From: Dehalococcoidia bacterium
GTDB taxonomy: Bacteria > Chloroflexota > Dehalococcoidia > Lucifugimonadales > JADFKI01
Assembly (NCBI GenBank): GCA_965200085.1
Contig: OZ241333.1
Span: 43,391 to 107,390, forward strand
Length of the DNA stretch: 64,000 bases
Reading direction: 5' to 3'
Positions 60,816 to 64,000 of this stretch are shown here, in pieces (within the stretch, counting starts at the first letter, position 1; each line of letters begins with the position of its first letter). Made by a program: the position numbers and the translations under genes. Below the pieces are notes generated by a model. That model was not told where the DNA came from and searched no databases. It saw nothing but the letters and a program-made list of their open reading frames with translations.

Positions 60816-61664
60816 TTATCGTGCCGCGCGCTGAAACAGTGCTTCACGCAGCCCTTCCAGCAAACCGCCAAGACGCGCCTGTTGACGCTCCATAGAGGTC
60901 ATGCGCTCATTCGTAGTTCGCAGCTGCTCGTTCACCTCTTCAAATCTCGTACCTGTCCGGCTTTCAACAGATTGGAGTTCTGCCTTTGTACTTGCATCAG
61001 ACGCTTCAAATCTCGTACCTGTCCGGCTTTCAACAGATTGGAGTTCTGCCCTTATGCGCGCCTCCGAAGCCCGCAGCTGCTCGTTCGTCTCTTCAAATCT
61101 CGCATTTGTTCGGCTCTCAACGGCTTCGATTTCTGCTCTTATGCGCGCCTCCGAAGCCCGCAGCTGCTCGTGCATCTCTTCAAATCTCGCACTTGTTCGG
61201 CTCTCTAATGCTTCGAGTTCTGCTCTTATGCGCGCCTCCGAAGCCCGCAGCTGCTCGAACATCTCTTCAAATCTCGCATTTGTCCGGCTCTCTAACGCTT
61301 CGAGTTCTGCCCTTGTACTTGCATCAGACGCTTCAAATCTCGCACTTGTTCGGCTCTCAACGGCTCCGAGTTCAGCCCTTATGCGAGCCTCAGACTCCAC
61401 TATCTCCTTCTCTATAGCAGTTATGCGCTCATTCGTAGTTCGCAGATGCTCGTGCATCTCTTCAAATCTCGCATTTGTTCGACTCTCAACGGCTTCGAGT
61501 TCAGCCCTTGTGCGCGACTCAGACGCTGCTATCTCTCTTTTAGTACTGGCTTCAAGCGCATCAATACGCTTGCCCATCCGATTCTGAGAAGCCAGAATTA
61601 AACCGGCAAGGGCAACTCCGACGCCAAGCAGCGCAATAACCATCACAATAGTTTCAGCGCTCAT
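60816..61664 (-). CDS. Membrane-anchored coiled-coil repeat protein
   Basis: N-terminal TM helix, then mixed 18- and 22-aa repeats (AELEA.ESRT.ARFE), ending RLGGLLEGLRE. Confidence 0.8.
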   Translation of the reverse strand: MSAETIVMVIALLGVGVALAGLILASQNRMGKRIDALEASTKREIAASESRTRAELEAVESRTNARFEEMHEHLRTTNERITAIEKEIVESEARIRAELGAVESRTSARFEASDASTRAELEALESRTNARFEEMFEQLRASEARIRAELEALESRTSARFEEMHEQLRASEARIRAEIEAVESRTNARFEETNEQLRASEARIRAELQSVESRTGTRFEASDASTKAELQSVESRTGTRFEEVNEQLRTTNERMTSMERQQARLGGLLEGLREALFQRAAR

Positions 61665-61704
61665 TCAAACACCTTTTCATTCCGCCGCATTGTGCGAAAC
61701 TAGA

Positions 61705-61944
61705 TTACACACCCATCGCGCAGGCGCAGGCGCCTCCCGTGCCTCCACCGCAGCACCCTCCGGCGCCTGCAATGGCGCTTGCCTCGCCGCTGCCGTTAGA
61801 TGAGAATGCGGCGAAAACTGAGAAAACACGCCGCGACTCGCTGCCGCAGTCCGGGCAGTTTGCGGGATCATCCATTTGACTCATAGACCGACGCTTGTCA
61901 AAGCGATTTGAGCAGGTAAGACAGGTATATTCATAAATGGGCAT
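61705..61944 (-). CDS. FmdB-family zinc ribbon protein
   Basis: MPIYEY.C..C..RF...CPDCGS...RR.FS; Cys/Gly-rich tail. Confidence 0.9.
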   Translation of the reverse strand: MPIYEYTCLTCSNRFDKRRSMSQMDDPANCPDCGSESRRVFSVFAAFSSNGSGEASAIAGAGGCCGGGTGGACACAMGV

Positions 61945-62183
61945 GGTGAACCTCGTATGCTTGTATTATGTTTGTAACGCTATATCATCAACCAGTTCAG
62001 CGATTTGGGGACTGCGGCTCTGTAACGAATCTCAATATAAGGTGTACCAACGAACCGAAATGCTGAACGATTGATAGACTTTCATTGGCTCATTTTAGGG
62101 TTATCGTTGCGTCAGGTCAACCGAGCGGCGATAATGAATTGGCAGATTTGACTCGACTGAAGCATTACATTAAAGGAATTCAC

Positions 62184-63395
62184 ATGAACACAGCCAATAT
62201 GCAAACGGCGCTGCCGGACGAACGAGGAAGGTTCGGAGAGTTCGGCGGTAGATTTGTCCCGGAGACGTTGATGAGCGCAATCGAGGAGCTTGAGCAGGAG
62301 TACGCTGCAGCGCAGACTGACGAGGCGTTTCAGGCGGAGATGCGCTCACTGTCCGAGCATTATGTCGGGCGTCCAACGCCGCTGTATCATGCAGAGAATC
62401 TCAGCGCCGAGCTTGGCGGGGCGCAAATATATATTAAGCGCGAAGACTTGGCGCATACCGGTGCGCACAAAATAAACAACGCGCTCGGACAAGCGCTGCT
62501 CGCGAAGCGCATGGGCAAAAATCGCATCATCGCCGAAACCGGCGCTGGCCAGCATGGCGTCGCCACTGCGACCGTCTGTGCCATGCTTAATCAGCAGTGC
62601 ATCGTCTATATGGGCGAAGAAGACATCCGCAGGCAGGCGCTCAATGTATTCCGCATGCGGCTGCTCGGCGCAGAAGTGCGCTCCGTATCATCGGGCAGCC
62701 GCACGCTCAAAGACGCCATCAACGAGTGCATCCGCGACTGGGTTACCAATGTAGAAACCACGCACTACCTCATCGGCAGCGTAGTAGGACCGCATCCATA
62801 CCCCATGATGGTGCGTGATTTTCAGAAGATCATAGGCGCAGAAGCGCGCGCGCAGCTGCTATCTACGGTGGGCAGGCTGCCGGACTACGCGGTTGCATGC
62901 GTGGGCGGGGGCAGCAACGCAATGGGGCTGTTCTACGAGTTCATCCGCGACGAAAGTGTAAAACTAATCGGCGTCGAAGCCGGCGGCGACGGCCTGCACA
63001 CGAGCAGGCACTCATCCACCCTGACATCCGGCAGTGTGGGCGTGCTGCACGGGAGCATGTCCTACCTGCTGCAAGACGACAACGGACAAGTCTTGGAAGC
63101 GCACAGCATCTCCGCCGGACTTGACTACCCCGGCGTCGGCCCTGAGCATAGCTGGCTGAGCGACAGCGGACGCGCTGAGTACGTGAGCGTTACGGATACA
63201 GAGGCGCTCGAAGGCTTTCAGCTTCTCTGTCGCACGGAGGGGATTATCCCTGCGCTGGAGCCGGCGCACGCCGCCTACTATATCTCGCAGCTTGCGCCTA
63301 CACTCTCGCCCGACCAGATTATCCTGATGGGCTTGAGCGGACGCGGCGACAAAGACATGGACACCGTAGCATCCGCGCTGGATGTAAGCATATAG
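62184..63395 (+). CDS. trpB: Tryptophan synthase beta chain
   Basis: [61 protein letters not shown]. Confidence 0.98.
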   Translation: MNTANMQTALPDERGRFGEFGGRFVPETLMSAIEELEQEYAAAQTDEAFQAEMRSLSEHYVGRPTPLYHAENLSAELGGAQIYIKREDLAHTGAHKINNALGQALLAKRMGKNRIIAETGAGQHGVATATVCAMLNQQCIVYMGEEDIRRQALNVFRMRLLGAEVRSVSSGSRTLKDAINECIRDWVTNVETTHYLIGSVVGPHPYPMMVRDFQKIIGAEARAQLLSTVGRLPDYAVACVGGGSNAMGLFYEFIRDESVKLIGVEAGGDGLHTSRHSSTLTSGSVGVLHGSMSYLLQDDNGQVLEAHSISAGLDYPGVGPEHSWLSDSGRAEYVSVTDTEALEGFQLLCRTEGIIPALEPAHAAYYISQLAPTLSPDQIILMGLSGRGDKDMDTVASALDVSI

Positions 63396-63547
63396 ACAGG
63401 TTATTGTATGTTGTTGTGTGCCGTCAGCATTATACTTATAGCACACAAAGATTATCTGACAACACTCACGCGGGCGGTTGGCTTGACAAGAAGCTTTGGC
63501 AAGTTACAATTTGCCTGAAATACTGGGATTACGAAGGAGAAACTGCA

Positions 63548-64000
63548 ATGCCATTTTTTACGAAAGGCGACGTGCGTATTCACTATGAGGAGGTTGGAAC
63601 GGGTTTTCCTCTGCTGGTTACTCCCGGTGGAGGGCTGAACTCGGTTATAGGCGGTTGGCCCAACCAGGTGTTCAACGCGATGGAGGTGTTCAAGGACGAC
63701 TTCCGGTGCATAACGATGGACCAGCGCAACGCGAACGGCGGAGAGTCGAGCGGACCCGTGCAGGTAGATGATCCGTGGAGGGCGTTCGCGGACGACCAGC
63801 TGGCTCTGATGGACGAACTCGGCATACAAGAGTTTTTCTTCATGGGTTACTGCATCGGCGGACCATTCGCTCTGAAGCTCATAGAGCGGGCGCCGGAGCG
63901 TGTGGTCGCCGCCGTGTTTTGCCAGCCGGTTGGACACGCGAGCAAGACGCCGGACGCTATGTATGATTCCGGCCATGACTTGTGGGGTCCTGAGCTGTGC
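63548..64000 (+). CDS. Alpha/beta hydrolase (runs off right edge)
   Basis: AAGGAG SD; MPFFTKGDVRIHYEEVGTGFPLLVTPGGGLNS...MDQRN..GES...MGYCIGG. Confidence 0.85.
   Translation, partial: MPFFTKGDVRIHYEEVGTGFPLLVTPGGGLNSVIGGWPNQVFNAMEVFKDDFRCITMDQRNANGGESSGPVQVDDPWRAFADDQLALMDELGIQEFFFMGYCIGGPFALKLIERAPERVVAAVFCQPVGHASKTPDAMYDSGHDLWGPELC

Noticed and set aside
63452-63976. 174-aa minus-strand ORF
   Set aside because: Antisense shadow of the alpha/beta hydrolase starting at 63548

Overview
64-kb window from a GC-rich bacterial chromosome. Gene content (LLM oxidoreductase, GreA with an N-terminal extension, many Uma2 paralogs, coiled-coil PD-(D/E)XK-like proteins) suggests Chloroflexota, Dehalococcoidia/SAR202-like and possibly host-associated; this is inference only. 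Housekeeping genes include carA/carB, sbcC-like SMC, lysS, rsmD-coaD, ileS, speD-speE, ccmCDE, greA and trpB. They are interleaved with an accessory/defence-rich zone (about 22-23.7 kb and 29.3-49.6 kb). That zone holds seven Uma2 copies, two heptad-repeat nuclease-like genes with an RHH-like gene between them, DUF262-HNH, HicAB, a deleted VapBC, TnpB relics, an orphan CRISPR-like repeat, and a PLD-SNF2 helicase plus Eco57I-like methyltransferase pair split at a G8 tract. The ORF track misses two probable selenoproteins with in-frame UGA and similarly placed SECIS-like hairpins: an OsmC-like domain fused to SixA next to arsM, and a UGSC-family protein. Also notable is a MazG in which each of the two domains appears duplicated, with the second copy degenerate. 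No rRNA, tRNA or CRISPR array was recognised.
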